Below are positions 1 to 15,000 of a stretch of 51,869 bases of DNA, piece by piece. The notes under the pieces were generated by a model, which had not been told where the DNA came from, made no database searches, and saw only the letters and a program-made list of their open reading frames with translations. Each line of letters begins with the position of its first letter. The first letter of the stretch is position 1. A program made the position numbers and the translations under genes. The DNA is from Thermoguttaceae bacterium (lineage in GTDB: Bacteria > Planctomycetota > Planctomycetia > Pirellulales > Thermoguttaceae): positions 1-51,869 of the forward strand of contig JAVBSX010000084.1 of NCBI GenBank assembly GCA_031556455.1. Reading direction: 5' to 3'.

Positions 1-3000
1 ACCGTCGGCAGTTCCGACCAGAACATCGACCGGAGCGGCGGCTCGATCCAGCTCCTCGGCAATCCCCGGCACAAGGTGTTGATCACCTCCTATGCCGACG
101 AAACCGTCGGCCGCGACACCAACCCGCTGCAAACCAAACCGGACGGCGGAAACTGGGGCGGGATCGTGATCCGCAACGACCTCGATTACGAATTCATCAA
201 CAAATACACGGCCTCCAACTCTGCCAAGCCGCGCGAAGTGCTTGAAAAACAAGGCATCTTCCTCAACTATATCAACAATGCCGACCTCCGGTACGGCGGC
301 GGGGCGCTCAGCGCGACCGATAAGCTGAACTACGATCCGATTCACGTCGTCGATGCCCGACCGACCATCACCTTCAATACCATCACCTACAGCGCCAACG
401 CCGCGATCTCCGCCTCGCCGCGCAGTTTCGAGGAAACCCGTTTTCAAAACTGGGATCATACGACCCCTTACACGTTGGACTACACGCGGATCGGCCTTCA
501 CGTGCACGGCAATACCGTCGTCCGCAACGCGATCAACGGCCTCCTCGTCCAGGTCCGCACCCCCGTCGGACAGCAGATCCAAAAAATCGACGTCGCCGCC
601 CGATTCGACGACCTCGACATCGTTCACGTCCTTTCGGAAAACCTCACCCTCGCCGGGGCTCCCGGCGGCAACACCCTGGTCTCCGCGACGACCGAGGGGC
701 TTTGGTACGACCAGTCGACCCAACGCCTCTCCGTCGAATTCGATATTCGTTTAGACCAAAGATTCGAAGTGGACCATCCTGTGCTCAATTCGAGCAACCC
801 GATGCGGCCGACCGACCGCGATTACTTCTCGTTGAGCGACGGCGAAACCAAAGTCACCTTCGAATACAACATCGTCGATTTCGAGAGCGACAAGGTTTCC
901 AATATCCGCCGTGTCGCGACCGGACACGTCGCGATCGACATTCTCTCCAACGACACGCCCGAGGAAATCGCTCGCAAAACCGCCGCCGCGATCAACGCCG
1001 TCAATGCCAATAAAGAAGTTTGGGTCAACGCGGCCGGTGTCGCGAACCCGGACCCGGACGCTGGCAAAACCGCCAACTACCCTTACGCCAGATACCTGAT
1101 CGGCAACCCGAGCGATCCGACCATCACACCGACCCAAAAACTGACGCCCAATCAGTTCAAGATCACCGCGACGTACACCGCCGGGTCCAACGGGATGATC
1201 CTCAAATCGACCGGCATCGGACTCAAGACCGACGGCATCCAGGCCGCGACCCCCGATCCGGCCGCGACCGCGACCGGCTTGGCCTATGACCCGGTTGCCC
1301 GGAAAATCAATTTCGATTTCCAGGACACGACCGATCCGGTCAAACCGGCCTCGGGCAATTATTCCTTCGCCCCGATCCGGCCCGTCGAAGGAGATTATTT
1401 CTCGATCTCCGATTACTCCAATATTTACGGCGAAACCAAGGTCTTCTTCGAATACAACTACATCGATTACTACAAACAGGACGTCACCAACCAGGGCCGC
1501 GTCGCTGCCAACCGCGTCGCGATCGACATCCTCACGACCGATACCGCCGAACAAATCGCCCAAAAAACCGCAGACGCGATCAACGCCGTCCGGACGAAAA
1601 TCGAAGTCTACGAAACGGTCAACGGAAAGCAGTATCCCCGCTATCTCGTCGGCGATCTCGGATTGGCTCGAAACCAATTCCGCATTACCGCGTCGCTCGA
1701 TACGACGACCGCGACGTTCAGTTCGACCGTGGGCCGTGAGGTCTTGACCGGCGTTCTTCTCCAAACCGCCAAGGATATCGACCCCAGCGATACGGAAACC
1801 GCCACCGATCTCGCGGTCAGCGGCATCCAACGCGTCCAGCCCGGCAACCTGCCCGGGATGCTCAAATCGCGTACCAACGGAACGCTGAACATCAGCCCCG
1901 GCATCATCGTCAAATCGAACAATGCCCGGATCGAACTCGAAATGGGGACCCAGCTCCTCGCCGAAGGGACCGTCGAGCAGCCGATCATTTTCACCTCGCT
2001 CTACGATACCCGTTACGGGGTCGGCGGGATCTACAAAACCGCCTCCAAAGGGGACGGCAGCGCCGTCGGAACCGTCCAGCCCGGCAACTGGGCCGGAATC
2101 TTCCAACTCCCCGATTCCAACTTGAGCATCGACCATGCCGTGATCGCCTATGCCGGCGGCAGTTCGCCGATCGACGGGGTTACCGCGAAATTCAATCCGA
2201 TCGAGATTCACGAGGCCGATGCGCGGATCGCGAACTCCCGATTCGAAAACAACATGGGCTCTTACGCCGGCGACCGGACCGGCCGCGGGGCGACCTCCCC
2301 CTCGGTCATTTACGTTCTCGGTTCTCAGCCGATCATTCTGCACAACACGTTTATCGACAATACGAACAACATTACCGACAGCGCGAGTTCCCTCGCCGTC
2401 ATCAGCATCAACGCCAACTCATTGACCGATGAGGTCGTGATCGACAAGGGCCGCAGTTCCGGGGCCCTCGACCGCAACCCGGCGTACGACGGCAACTACG
2501 GGCCGCTCGTCCGCGAAAACCGCTACACCAACAACTCGATCAACGGGATGATCGTTCGCGGCGAGGTTTTGACGACCGCCTCGACCTGGGACGACACCGA
2601 CATCGCCCATGTCCTGTTCTCGGAAATCATCGTCCCGAACTTCCATTCGACCGGCGGGCTGAAGCTCACAAGCGATGCGGGCAATTCCCTCATCGTCAAG
2701 CTCTTCGGTCAAAACGCCGGCTTTACGACCAGCGGCACTCCGCTCGAAACCGACGAGCGGATCGGCGGGGCGATGCAGGTCGTCGGCGTTCCCGGTTACC
2801 CGGTCGTTTTCACTTCCCTGCGGGACGATACCGTCGGAGCCGGTTTCGACTTGGCCGGAAAAGTGATGTATGACACCAACAATACGTACAAATACGATTC
2901 CGAGTCGAAGAAATGGAAAGAGACCGCTCCCTCCGCCGCCCCGGGCGACTGGCGCAGCATTAAATTCGCCAACTACAGCAACGATCGCAACGTCCTTGTC

Positions 3001-6000
3001 ATCAAGGAATATGAAAAGGCCGGAGACCTTCTCGATTCGAACGGCACCCCGGCGACGGCCCAGGATCTCGGCTATCTCGCTCCCGATATGAAGTCCGGAG
3101 ACGACGTCCGCCGGCTCGGCTTCGAAGTCAACGGCTCGATCCGCAGCGGCGGAACCGATCCGACCACCTTCCAGTTGCAGCCCGCCGAAGCCGATGTTTA
3201 CAAAATACACGCCGATTCCGGAACCGAAATGTGGATCGACATCGACTGGACCGGTCGTTCGCTCGATACGATCATCGAAATTCTCGACAAGGACGGCAAC
3301 ATCCTCGCTTCGTCCGACAGTTCCTTCTACGAAGGTCCGGACGCCTACGGCCGTTACATCAACCGCGTTTTCGACGCCCGCGGCGAAGAATACGATCACG
3401 GCAACACGACCAGTTTCGCCCGCGAGAACAACGCCTTCCCCATGAATAAAAGCATGTGGGCCCGCGCGCAGACCGGCGTTTCCGGAGCCGGGCGTTATAC
3501 CGACGCGGACGGGCTCATGTGGTATTATTACAACACGGCCGACGGGATCGGGTACAACGATCTCTACAGCACCAACGTGCGCGACGCCGGGCTGCGTTAC
3601 GTCGCCGAAGGGCCGGGCGATAAGGATTATTACATCCGCATCCGGAGCGTGCTCTCGATTTCCTGGGCCAATTCCCTGACCAGAGCATCCCACGGCAAAA
3701 CCTTCTACATCCAGGATGCCGACACCAAAGAGAAGGTGACGTACGAGCTCGATTTTGATTCGGCGGATTCCAGAATCTCCAATACGCCCAACTACATCTA
3801 CATCGGTCTCGGTTCGCTCAAGGCCGGGGAATCGTACGCGACGCGAATCGCCGCCGCGATCACCGAGCTTACGGCCAACACGAACAAGAGCGTGAGTGTT
3901 GCCGCGAAAGTGACGAAAACTTCGCTCGGTGACACCAACCCGACGATCGTCCTGGACGGCGTCAACCTGATTTTCAATCCGTGCGAAAGCGGTTTAGTGC
4001 TCCAGGAAAATTCCTCCGGGGCTTACCAATTGCAGGTCCGGCTTCAGGAAACCGACGAAATTCCCGGCTGCTCGGTCGCGTATGCCGACATCCGTTACGG
4101 GCTGCAGGGGATCGAAGTCTACGGTTTTCCGCAACATTCTCCAATCATGGGGGAGGTACAAAACCGTCCCAACCTCGACCTGCCAGGCGGCATGGGCAAG
4201 GGGACGTATTTGGGCAATCTCGTTCAATCGGACTTGGGAACCATTTCGGTGGGAGGATACCTGAGCAGTCTGAGCGACGTCGATTGGTACGTCTTTTCCA
4301 TGGACCCGACCGGCATGCAGTCGCATAGTGGTTCGACGCCGAACACGTTCCTTTGGCCTGCGATTTTCGACATCGATTACACCGACGGTCTGACCCGGCC
4401 GGACCTTTCGCTCTGGGTGTTCGATTCCCTCGGGCGTTTGATTTACATGGGCGGCGATTCGAACATCGCGGACGACCGGCCCGGTCCGAACACGGACATC
4501 AACATCCAAAAACTCGGAGCCGGTTCGGTCGGATCGTCGGATCCGTTCATCGGTCCGGCGCTGCTCGGTCCGACTTTGGGAGCGGAAGGCTCGGGATTGG
4601 TCGACGCCAGCGGCGAACCGATCACGCTGCCGGACGGCTCCTCGGTCGAACGGGCCTATTTCGTCGCCGTGACGAGCAAATACGCCGTTCCCGCGATCTT
4701 GAGCACGTTCCTGACGAAAGACTTTACGGCCAATGCCGCGACCCGGGTCGAACCGATCGACTCGATTTACCGCATCGCCGAGGAGCACGTCAACGGCGGC
4801 CAGAACACGGGCAACAGCGATATCGACGAAGGCCAGCAGCGGTTGACGCTTACGCCGGACGAATATCACTTGGGGGACGTCGTCTGTTACATCAGCGTCG
4901 AGTATCCGACCACGGGGCGTCCGGGAGATCCTGAGGGGACCAGCAAGGTTTACATGATCAATCCCTTTACCGGTGAGATCATCCTCGGTGGGAATACGAA
5001 TAAAATTCACCAGACCGGCTACGACATGTCCATGGCCCCGGACGGCCGCCTGTTGGCGTCCTATAACATCTTGGACCAATTTCACGTTTATGCCGTCGAT
5101 CAGTCCAAATACTCGAATACGTTTGCCTACGGAGGACGGGTCGACGGAACGATGGTCGACAGCGAATTGTATCCTTGTTGGTATAAGGATGGCGAGCTCG
5201 TAATCGAGGAGGTCGAAGATACGATTACGGGTTTTCAGCTGAACGCCTTGACGAGCAATCCCTACTTGTGGCTTGATATTCGCTCGCAAAGCGAAGAAAG
5301 TCATGATTATGCCGTCGAAAATTTGTCCGCCTATCCTTTTATCGGCTACTCCGTCGCGATCGGTAACATGCCGTGGGGCGACTATCCTCGCTATGGCTAT
5401 AGCGTGTATCCCTCGAATGCCAATGTCATGTACCTGCTGGATCCGAGCGGCTATGCGATCGATGCCATGTTCAGTAGCCGGAACGAACCCAAACCTGTTT
5501 CGGGAGTCGTTCCTTTTGCCATCTTCTATAACGGCGTGGATGGCCCTGTCGATTGGGATGGAAATCAGCTGTTCGCGAATGAATTCCAGAACGTCGGGGA
5601 AATCATCACCGGGACGACGTTCAGTGCCGATGGGAAAAGGCTCTTTGCCGGGACCAACTTCGGCGCGATTTACGAGATCAAGAACTGGGCTTCCCGCCGC
5701 TACGGTCATTATTATGAGCCTCCCGGCGACGGCCCGGAACAAAAAATCTATAGTACGGGTGGTGGTGCTACGCTTGATTTTCTCGGTTATGTTTTCGATG
5801 ACGAGGGCAACATTCTCCCGATCAGCGGTCTCGAGATGGGCCCGGAAACCGTCGAAGGGGGAATTTACAAAGACCTCCTTTTCGTCACCTCTCAGAAGAC
5901 GAGTTATTATTCGGGCGACAACGTACTGTTCAATTCCAGTGCCAGTTTCTCAAATACCGGTGACTCCAAGCTGGTGGCCGTCGATCCTTCGAAATTGGAT

Positions 6001-9000
6001 TCCGGCCTCGTGGCGAATATCCAAAGAAGTGGCAACAATTTCGTTTCCGGAAAGATCGTCAGTTCGTGGAACATCACCCTGCCGACCTCGCAAAATGCCG
6101 TTGGGCACGCTGACCTCACCGTCAGTCAGGCATTCCGGAATCTGGAGAATCTCATCTTCCAAATCACTTCGAACGGAGGAACGGTCAATACGATCAATAT
6201 TTCCACTTCCACTCCTGTTCCCAACCCTAACTACAATCCGTATCGACCTGCCGATCCCGTCTACAATGCGGAATATCTTTCGATACCGATCGCGAAAACC
6301 ACCGATCCCAGCAAACCGATCAATCCTTACACCAATTTCCCCTACGAGCTTTTGTTTTCGGCCAAGTATAATCCAAATTACTCGACCGAATTTCCCACGG
6401 ATCATTTCACGAATTCTCTCTATATTTATGCCGCGGCTCCGAACCCGCGGTACAACCCGGCGGTTGCGGAACACGAGGTCACCAACCCGCGGTATCTGCT
6501 CCAACCGACAGCGAATCCGACCTACGATCCGAACCAGCCGGACAACGAAGCGACCAACTGGCCTTATCTGTTTGCCAATGTCCCCAACCCTTATTTCAAT
6601 CCCAGTGCCGTGGAAGGCCCGGGCAATCCCCGTTACCTGCCGAATCCGCAACCTAACCCCGGTTTCGACAGCAGTCAGCCCGAGGATGTTTATTACAATC
6701 CCAAGTATTATTATGCTCCTCTCGTCAACGAGAATTATAAAAATGATGAACCGGCCGATCCCACCACGAATTGGCCTTACTTCGTGACTCCTTCCAAGAA
6801 TCCCGATTACAACCCCTCTCTGCCGGACAACACGCAAACCAACTGGCCTTACCTCTTTACACCTGATCTCAATCCTTACTACAACTCCGGACTGCCGGAA
6901 AATTATATCTACGATCGTGAGAATCCCGGCACATATAACCCGAAGTATATTACTTTACCCAGTAGCGAGCCCGTTCTGACTTGGGCGAGTGACCAACAAC
7001 TGGCGGAAAGAATCGTCGCGCAGGCCCGTGGATTCGGACTCACCACCACCGCCGTCAAAACGGGAAGTCACTGGCGCGTCGTATTCGAAGGCGTCGCGGA
7101 GATCGGCAACGAGACCCCTCGGTCTACTCTCGATATCCAGGAACCTTGGGAAAAGGCCAACAATCCCCTTGCGCCGATTTTCGTCAACGGACAAAAGGTG
7201 TTGACCCTGTTGAAAAACGACGGTTTGCCGGCGGACACCGCCCATAACAGCGTCGTCAGTATCACGTTCTCGAAGATGGATTACAACCTCTGGCACCGGA
7301 CCGGAACCGACGCCGATTTGGTCGGACCGACGGCAAGTCGTGTTCGTTCGATCACCGGTTTCGACACGCCGCCGGAACAGGAAGATTCGATGACCCATAA
7401 CGGGGCCGGGACGAGCTGGTACTTCGGTTTGGAGCCGGACAAATCCCCGAACCGCAATCCTTACGATGACGAGAGCACTCCCAACGCCAATTTATTGACG
7501 GACGATTATTTCGCATGGGGGGCCACCGCCTCCGGCTACACTCCGGCCGTTCTCAACGCGGTAGAGCCGAGGAACCTGACGGGGACCGACGTCAATATCG
7601 GTTCCTACGACATGCCCGGCGGAACTTATGGGGCTTTGACGTCCAGCACCTTCAGCCTTGCCGATTATTCCGCCGGCGACCGGCCGATGCTCTATTATTC
7701 CTACCGCTTCGACGCCGAAGGGACGCAGGACTTCCTCAATTACGGCGATGATGCGCTGATGGTGTACGTCTCGGCCGACGGCAAAAATTGGAAGCGGATT
7801 TCCGCATCCAACTACGATCTGTTCTCGGATCCGTCCAATAATTGGGAGATGACGCAGCCGGACAATTTCGTCACGCTCATCCAGGACAACCGTTGGCGGC
7901 AGGAACGGATCGACCTGAGCGAGTTCGCCGGCCAGACGAACGTCCGGATCAAATTCGTCTTCTCGACCGCCGGCGGGCAGATCGGCCTCGGCAAAGTCAA
8001 TCAGGCAGGAACGCTCCTGACCTCGGTCTCCGCCTCGCAGCTGTTCGACTCCCGCAACGGCGTCACTCAATTGCCGGACGGACATTACGACCATTTCCCG
8101 ACGCAGGGCAATGTGACTGCGAGCACGTTGAGCCCCAACAGTTCCACCTCCTACTTCGATTATTTCAATTCTAGTTCCGCGTTCGTCGTGAGAGATGGCG
8201 CCAAAAAAATCGACGGTACCAGTGATAACACACGGTTGAACACGTATTATACAACGGCCGCCGACGCCCTCGATTCGAGCGTCGTCTACCGTTATTCCCA
8301 GGGATACTCCCTTTACGTTCCGATCGCTACCGGCGGTCAGGGACAGGCGACGCTGACCGATTGGATCCAAGTCAACGATGAGAGAATCTACTTCGGTGAT
8401 CTGGTCGGCAACTCGACCGACAGTGATGAGGTCAAACTTCTCAAACTCCGGCTGCTCAACAGCGAAGAGTTTATGAACCTCCTGATCAACGCGGTCAACG
8501 AACGGGTTGATGGTGCGACGGCCAAACGTTACACACTGCACGGCGGGAATGCGTCCGTGTCGAATCCCTACTACGGACAACAGATTTACTTCGAAGGCGT
8601 CACTTTGCTGAAAACTTCACAGCCGACGAAGTATATCGTGACCGGCGATTCGCAGGATACGACGCTGGACGAAATCGCCGCGATGTCGAACGACCAGCTG
8701 CTTGCCTGGTTGAACGCCAACAGCCAAATCGGCAGCAACGCCATCGAGAACGCAGCTCGGTACAACAACGCCGTTCCGGTCCCGATTCGCGGGGACATGA
8801 CCGCCGAGCAGGTTGCCGGCAGCGTCGCCTTCATGGTCAACCTGACGATGAACGAGGATTTGAAGAACTATCTCCGCCTCAACCCGAACGCGACGATTGG
8901 CAGTGCTTGGACATCGCTCGATACGTATTACAATCTCGATGGGAATCTTGTGAACCTCGCGACGGATGCTCGTGGGAGTTACGACCCGAGAGAGCTGGTC

Positions 9001-12000
9001 GAGTTGTTCAAGGTCGAAAGCCAAACCCTCGAACGAACGATGCGGCTCGACGTGCTCCGCAACAGCCTTAACGATGATGTCAAATCGGCATCGTTCACTC
9101 CTTCCTCCATGGGAAGCGGAACGACCGCCCAAATGACCCTCGTCGGCAAAGCCGTCGTGTCCTATACGCAAAACGGCAAGACCAAATCCGGCGGCATGGC
9201 CGTGCAGACGACCGAACTCCAGGGAGCCAACCAGAGTGATCGCTACAACGTCGTCAAGGATTACAGCAAGGCGACGCTTTACGGAGTCGATCCGGACGGG
9301 ACCGTTCGTCGTGCCACCGACAACGCGCACGGCGGTGTGATGATCGACAACATCATCATCGGGGCCGCCGAACGCGGGGAGATGGTTTCCTACGTTTCCT
9401 ACGACAACAGCACTGGTGCCGGAACGGTCAAGGTGGAAACCGGAGCCGGGGCGATGATGGCCGGATTCCTTACCCTCGCCGATGCCAAGCTCAACGGCAA
9501 CTCGGTCATTCCGGTGGGACAGGAAGCGTTTACGCCCTATGTCACGAACCGGGTTCCAGAGACGACCGTCCAGTTCGGGGCCTACCAGTTGGAGATTCGG
9601 CGAGGGGCCGAGACGGTCGATTATTACCCGAGCTGGACGAATCCGACGGCCAGCTACGCGAATTTGATTTCGACGATCCATACGAACGAACGCATGACCG
9701 ACGGGATCACGCTCGTCACCCCGCTCGCTTCGGAGATCTATCACGGGCAGAAATTCTCCCTGAGCGACGGGGTCAACAAGATCGATTTCTGCTTCCTGGC
9801 CGATCACCTGCCGCAGGCGGCGACCGGCAGCGCCGAGAAGATTCTCTTCAACCAGTCCGATAGCGTTTACGCGATCGCCTCGAAAATCGTCGCCGCCATC
9901 AACAAGGCGTACGCCGAGAAAAAATTCAAGGTTAGCGCGAGCCTCTTCACCAACGGCACGCTCATCGATCTTTTCGATGCGACCGATTTCAAAAACGGCG
10001 GCCTCGAAGCGATCCCGCTCGATGCCTCGGGCAACTCGGTCGCCCTCGATTCCGAGGAATACAACGATTGGTTCCTCCGCAACGGTGAAGGGGGCAAACC
10101 GATCAAGCACATCATTTACGGGCCGGTTCATGAAACGAGATCCTCGTTCGATTACAACGGCAAAACCGACGCCTACGAATCCTATTACGCCTATTTGGAT
10201 CCCTTGACGGGAAATGTCGTCCCGATTCGCGAAGAGCAATACTCGGGCGGCTCCGTCCTGGCTCGATTCATCGACCGATCGCTGGATTGGAACGACCCGA
10301 ATTACGCGCACTCCGCCTTCGGGTCGGATCTCGCCAACGTCAGCCGTCTGTACATCGACACCTGGAACGGCAGCCTCCGGCGTGGGGACACCAACACGGT
10401 CCGGGAGAAGGGCCAGTTGAACATCATCGGTTCGAGTTTTATGGCGATCGACGGTTTCGGCATTTACATGCTGCCGGTCGAGTTGACGCTCGAAGATACG
10501 GCTCCGGGCAAGTTCTTCAATCAGATGGCCCAGCCGGGCGGTGTGATCAACGGCAACGAGCCGGTGATCGACGCCGAAGGGAACGCACGTCTGGGCGGCT
10601 CCTGGGTGCCGGGCGTCGCGATCATCAACAACATCTTCGCCTACAACGGGCTCGGACAATTCAACAACGAGCTCGGCGGCGGGATCGCCCTCCTCGGGCT
10701 CGAGGGCTACGTCCCGTTCGTCCGGATCGTCAACAACACCTTCTTCGGTTACGCCGAAGAACGTAGCGGTCAAATCGTCAATCAACAGTTGGGGATCGGT
10801 ATCGCCGTCGGGCAGAACACGACCCCGACGATCATGAACAACATTTTCTCCAACCTCATGGCTGGGATCATGCTGTTCGAAATCGAAGACGGTGATATCA
10901 ACACGATCGGCAACTGGAATTCGACCATGGAACCGGTTGTCGCTTTGGCCAACGTTTTCAAGAACAACGGTATCAACCAACCGACCGGGATCGGCGACGT
11001 CGAATTCGACAAGTACCTTTCCGCGAAGAATTGGAGTTTGAGCTTCCCGAGCGATTTGAAGGCCGCCCTCCCGAACGGAAAACCACTGATCCTTCAGGTC
11101 AACGGCACCACCCTGACCGTCGAGACGACGCAGACCGTCGATGAGGTTACGAGCACGGTCGACGCCGCGACACTCGCCGAACGGGTGATCGCCGCCCTGA
11201 ACGAGGCCGATGTCCCCGGCACCGTTTCCGCGCAGCCGAAACTTAATAACGGAGTCGTCGTCGGCCTGACGTTCTACGGAGCTCTGCTCGTCCAGTGCGA
11301 TAATACCAATTTCGCCACCGCCCCTTCGGCGGAGGACCCGTTGTTCGTCAATCCGAGCATCCAGAAACGAAATTTCTATCTGGTCGAAAATTCCCCGGCG
11401 ATCGACGCGGGGCGGGAAAGCCTGAAAGAGCGGGAGTCCTGGTACAACCGGTACGTCCAAAACTATGGGATTCCGGACTCGACCATTTATGCTCCGACGA
11501 CGGACTTTTACGGCCAAATCCGGAAATCGGATACCGAAACCGATCATTCCGGAGGCGGCGGCTCCCATCCGTTCGTCGACATCGGGGCGATCGACCGGGT
11601 CGACAAGGTCAAGCCGACGGCCTCGCTCCTCAAGCCAATCGATAACGACACCAACGACAGGAATCCGGTCGATTACGACATTTTCCTCGTCAACGCGGTG
11701 CTCGATCAATTCATCGTCCAGCTCAACGATCTCGGGATCGGGATCGACGATATGACGGTCGCCGATGATCGGGGTAACGTTTACGAAAACGTCGTCACGA
11801 TTCTCGAACAGGGTTGGGACAACGTCAACCAGGCGTTCTACGTCAGGAAACTCGTCCTCGGCACGGACTACTTCGCCAACTACAACGCCGCGAACGATCA
11901 GATTTATCTCGTCCCGACGAAAGGACGCTGGAATTCCAACGCGACCTACACGATCATTCTCGACAACGACGCGATGCCGCAATGGGAATTGAACTTCCCG

Positions 12001-15000
12001 AGCGATTTGGAGGCCGCATTCCCGAATCATGAACAATTGACCATTTGGATCGGCGGCACCGCCTTGTCCGTCGAGACGACGCAGATGATCGACGGAGTGA
12101 CGAGCACGGTCGACGCCGATACACTCGCCCAACGGGTGATCGACGCTCTGGCTGAAGCCAATATTCCCGGTACGGGAAGCGGCGTCGTTTCCGCGGAGCC
12201 GAAAATCGTCGACGGAGCCGTCGTCGGCTTGACGTTCGCCGAAGCGCAGTTCGTCCAGTGCGACAATTTCGATTTCGATATCACTTCGACGATCGGCGAG
12301 ACGAGCACGACCCGCAACGGCATCGCCGATCGGGCCGGCAATTCGCTCGAATGGAACCGCGCCAACGGCCAAACCTACTTTACCGTCGTCTTGGGCGGTT
12401 ACGATTACGGGGACGCGCCCGCGAGTTACCCGACCCTGAACGACAATAATCCGGCACGGCACATCGTATGGAACGGCTTCTGTCTCGGCAAAGGGGTGAC
12501 GGTCGAGCCCAACGGCCAACCGTCCAATCATCTGCTCGACTCGAACGGCAAACAGACGCACGGCGATCAATATGACGACGGCGTGAGTGCCCTCGACGGC
12601 GGGGAACTGGTTCTGACTCCCGGAAAAACGATCGAATTCACGATCAACGTTTCCGCGAAGAACGAAAACTTCAAACCGGATGCCGACGGTTACGTCGGAT
12701 TCGTCAATGCGTTTTTCGATTGGGACGACAGCGGCTCCTGGAACGATAACGGCAACGACGAGCGGATGGTCTGGATCGACGAAACCGGGGCCGAGCGGAC
12801 CGATCCGTTGCCGGTCAAACCGGGCGCCAACACGGTTAAGATCGTCGTCCCGAGCACGTATCGCGAAAACGGAACGACCAAGCTTCTTGAAGAAGGGGAG
12901 GTGTTCGCACGTTTCCGGCTCAGCTCGAAGGCGGAAGAAGTGAACGAAAAGGGCGAGAAAATCGGAACCCTCGGCCCGGGCGGTCTTGCGGCCGACGGCG
13001 AGGTCGAGGATTACAAGTTCGTCCTCGCCCTGCATCCGCGGTCTTACGGCGACGCTCCGAAAGGCACGTTCGTCAATCCCTACACCGAGAAAAACAAGAC
13101 CTACACCTATCCGGTGAGCAAGGCGGAAGGCGGAGCCTGGCACGCGACCGACATCAAGTACGGCATCGACGCGAGCGGCAAGGCGGTTCGTTACGACGCT
13201 TCCGTCGATCCGACGACCGAAAAATTCCGTGATCAGGGCGGCGCCGTCCATTTCGGCGTCTTGGCGCCTCTCCAGCGGCTCGACGCCTCCTACAACGCGA
13301 CCGCGACGGCCAACGCGACCGACGACGGCATCGATCTGAACAAAGGTTACGGCTCGCTCATGTTCGTCGACGGCGAAACGGCTCATGTCGAAATGACGGT
13401 CACCGTCCCGGATGCGCTCAAGGCCTACATGCAGGCCAACCCCAGTGCGAGAATTCATATCGCCGGCTGGTTCGATCTCAAGGGAACGGGAACCTGGGAC
13501 GCCAACTCGATCTCCGCGACCCAAACTTTAAGTTTAAGCGACCTGAGTAATGCCAAGCTCGTTCCGGGCACGACGGACCAATACTACGTAACGGTCGATG
13601 TCAAAATCCCGAAAGGCACGATCACCGCGAAGGGAATTTCCTTCGCCCGATTCCGGATCGCCACCTCCGACAACGGCATCTCCCCGATCCCGGGGCCCGG
13701 CGGTCCTTCCGAGACCGATACGCCCAAGGCGATCGACGGCGAGGTCGAGGATTACATGATCTACATGATGCCGTATCGGACGAACTACAGCGACGCGGAA
13801 GATCCGAGCACGCCGCTTGAAGATCGCGCGGTGCACCGGATTCCGGTCGATGACAACGGCAATCCGATTTATTACTACCTCGGCGATAAAGTCAACACGG
13901 GATTCGATCCGCGATTCCCCGAGGTCGTTTCCTCTTCGGAAAACGACAACGACGGCGTTACGATTCCGACCATGAACATCAACGGCGTCGATTACGCCGC
14001 GTTTATGGCGACGGGCACGACGACGATCATCGTCAACGCCTCGACCGCCGGTCGGCTCAGTTTCTGGATCGACACCAACGGCGACGGCGTTTACCAGGAA
14101 GACGAACGGATCACCGATCCCAAGACCGGCAACCCGTGGTTCGAGGTCAAGGCCGGACCTAACGAAATCCCCGTCACGCTTGATCATCCCGAGATTTTCG
14201 GCATGCTGGAAACCGGGGCCCGGTTCCGCTTCACCGATCCGACCGTCGATCATAACAACCTCAGGGCGACCGGGGAAACGAAAAACGGCGAAGTCGAGGA
14301 TTACGTCGTTTACGTGATCGGCGGGCACGCTTCCATTTCCGGGACGGTTTACAACGACGCCAACGGCGACGGCCAGCACGGCTGGGACGAGGTCGGGATC
14401 GGCGGTGCGACGGTTTACCTGCTCGATCAAAATATGAAAACGATCGACACTAAGACGACGGACGTCTACGGCGAATACGTTTTCGACGGACTTTATCCGA
14501 GCGTTTACTACGTCCGGATGGAACCTCTCGCCAAGCCGTGGGTGATGACCAATCCGGCGAACGGAACCAGCGGCAAAATCCAGTTGGGAGAAAACCAAGA
14601 GTACAACTACGTCGATTTCGGCAACTTCAAACCGGGAACCGTTTCGATCGGGGATGCGATCATCTCCGAAGGGAACAGCGGCTACAAAACCGTCGAGATT
14701 CCGGTCTACCTGACCGGCTCGTTCGGGGCGGCGACGCAAATTACCGTCAAAACCTCGGACGGAACCGCGATTTCCGGACAGGATTATCTGGGCGGAACGG
14801 CAACGTATACCTTCGATCCGCAGAGTACGCCTTCGACGACCTGGAACATTTCGACCGTTTCTTCCGGTCTGGGAACCGATTCCGGGCAGTACGATTCGAG
14901 CGTTTCCGGCAACACCCTCGCCTATGCTTCCAAGATCGGCTCGACCTGGCAGATCATGATCGAATCACTCGATGATCCGAGCGGCGTTTTCACGCTCACC

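Noticed and set aside
6211-6960. Interpreting the NPxY motifs as functional endocytic or PTB-binding signals.
   Set aside because: The motifs sit in a presumably extracellular repeat of a bacterial protein. The composition (N, P, Y-rich) makes a structural repeat the simpler explanation.
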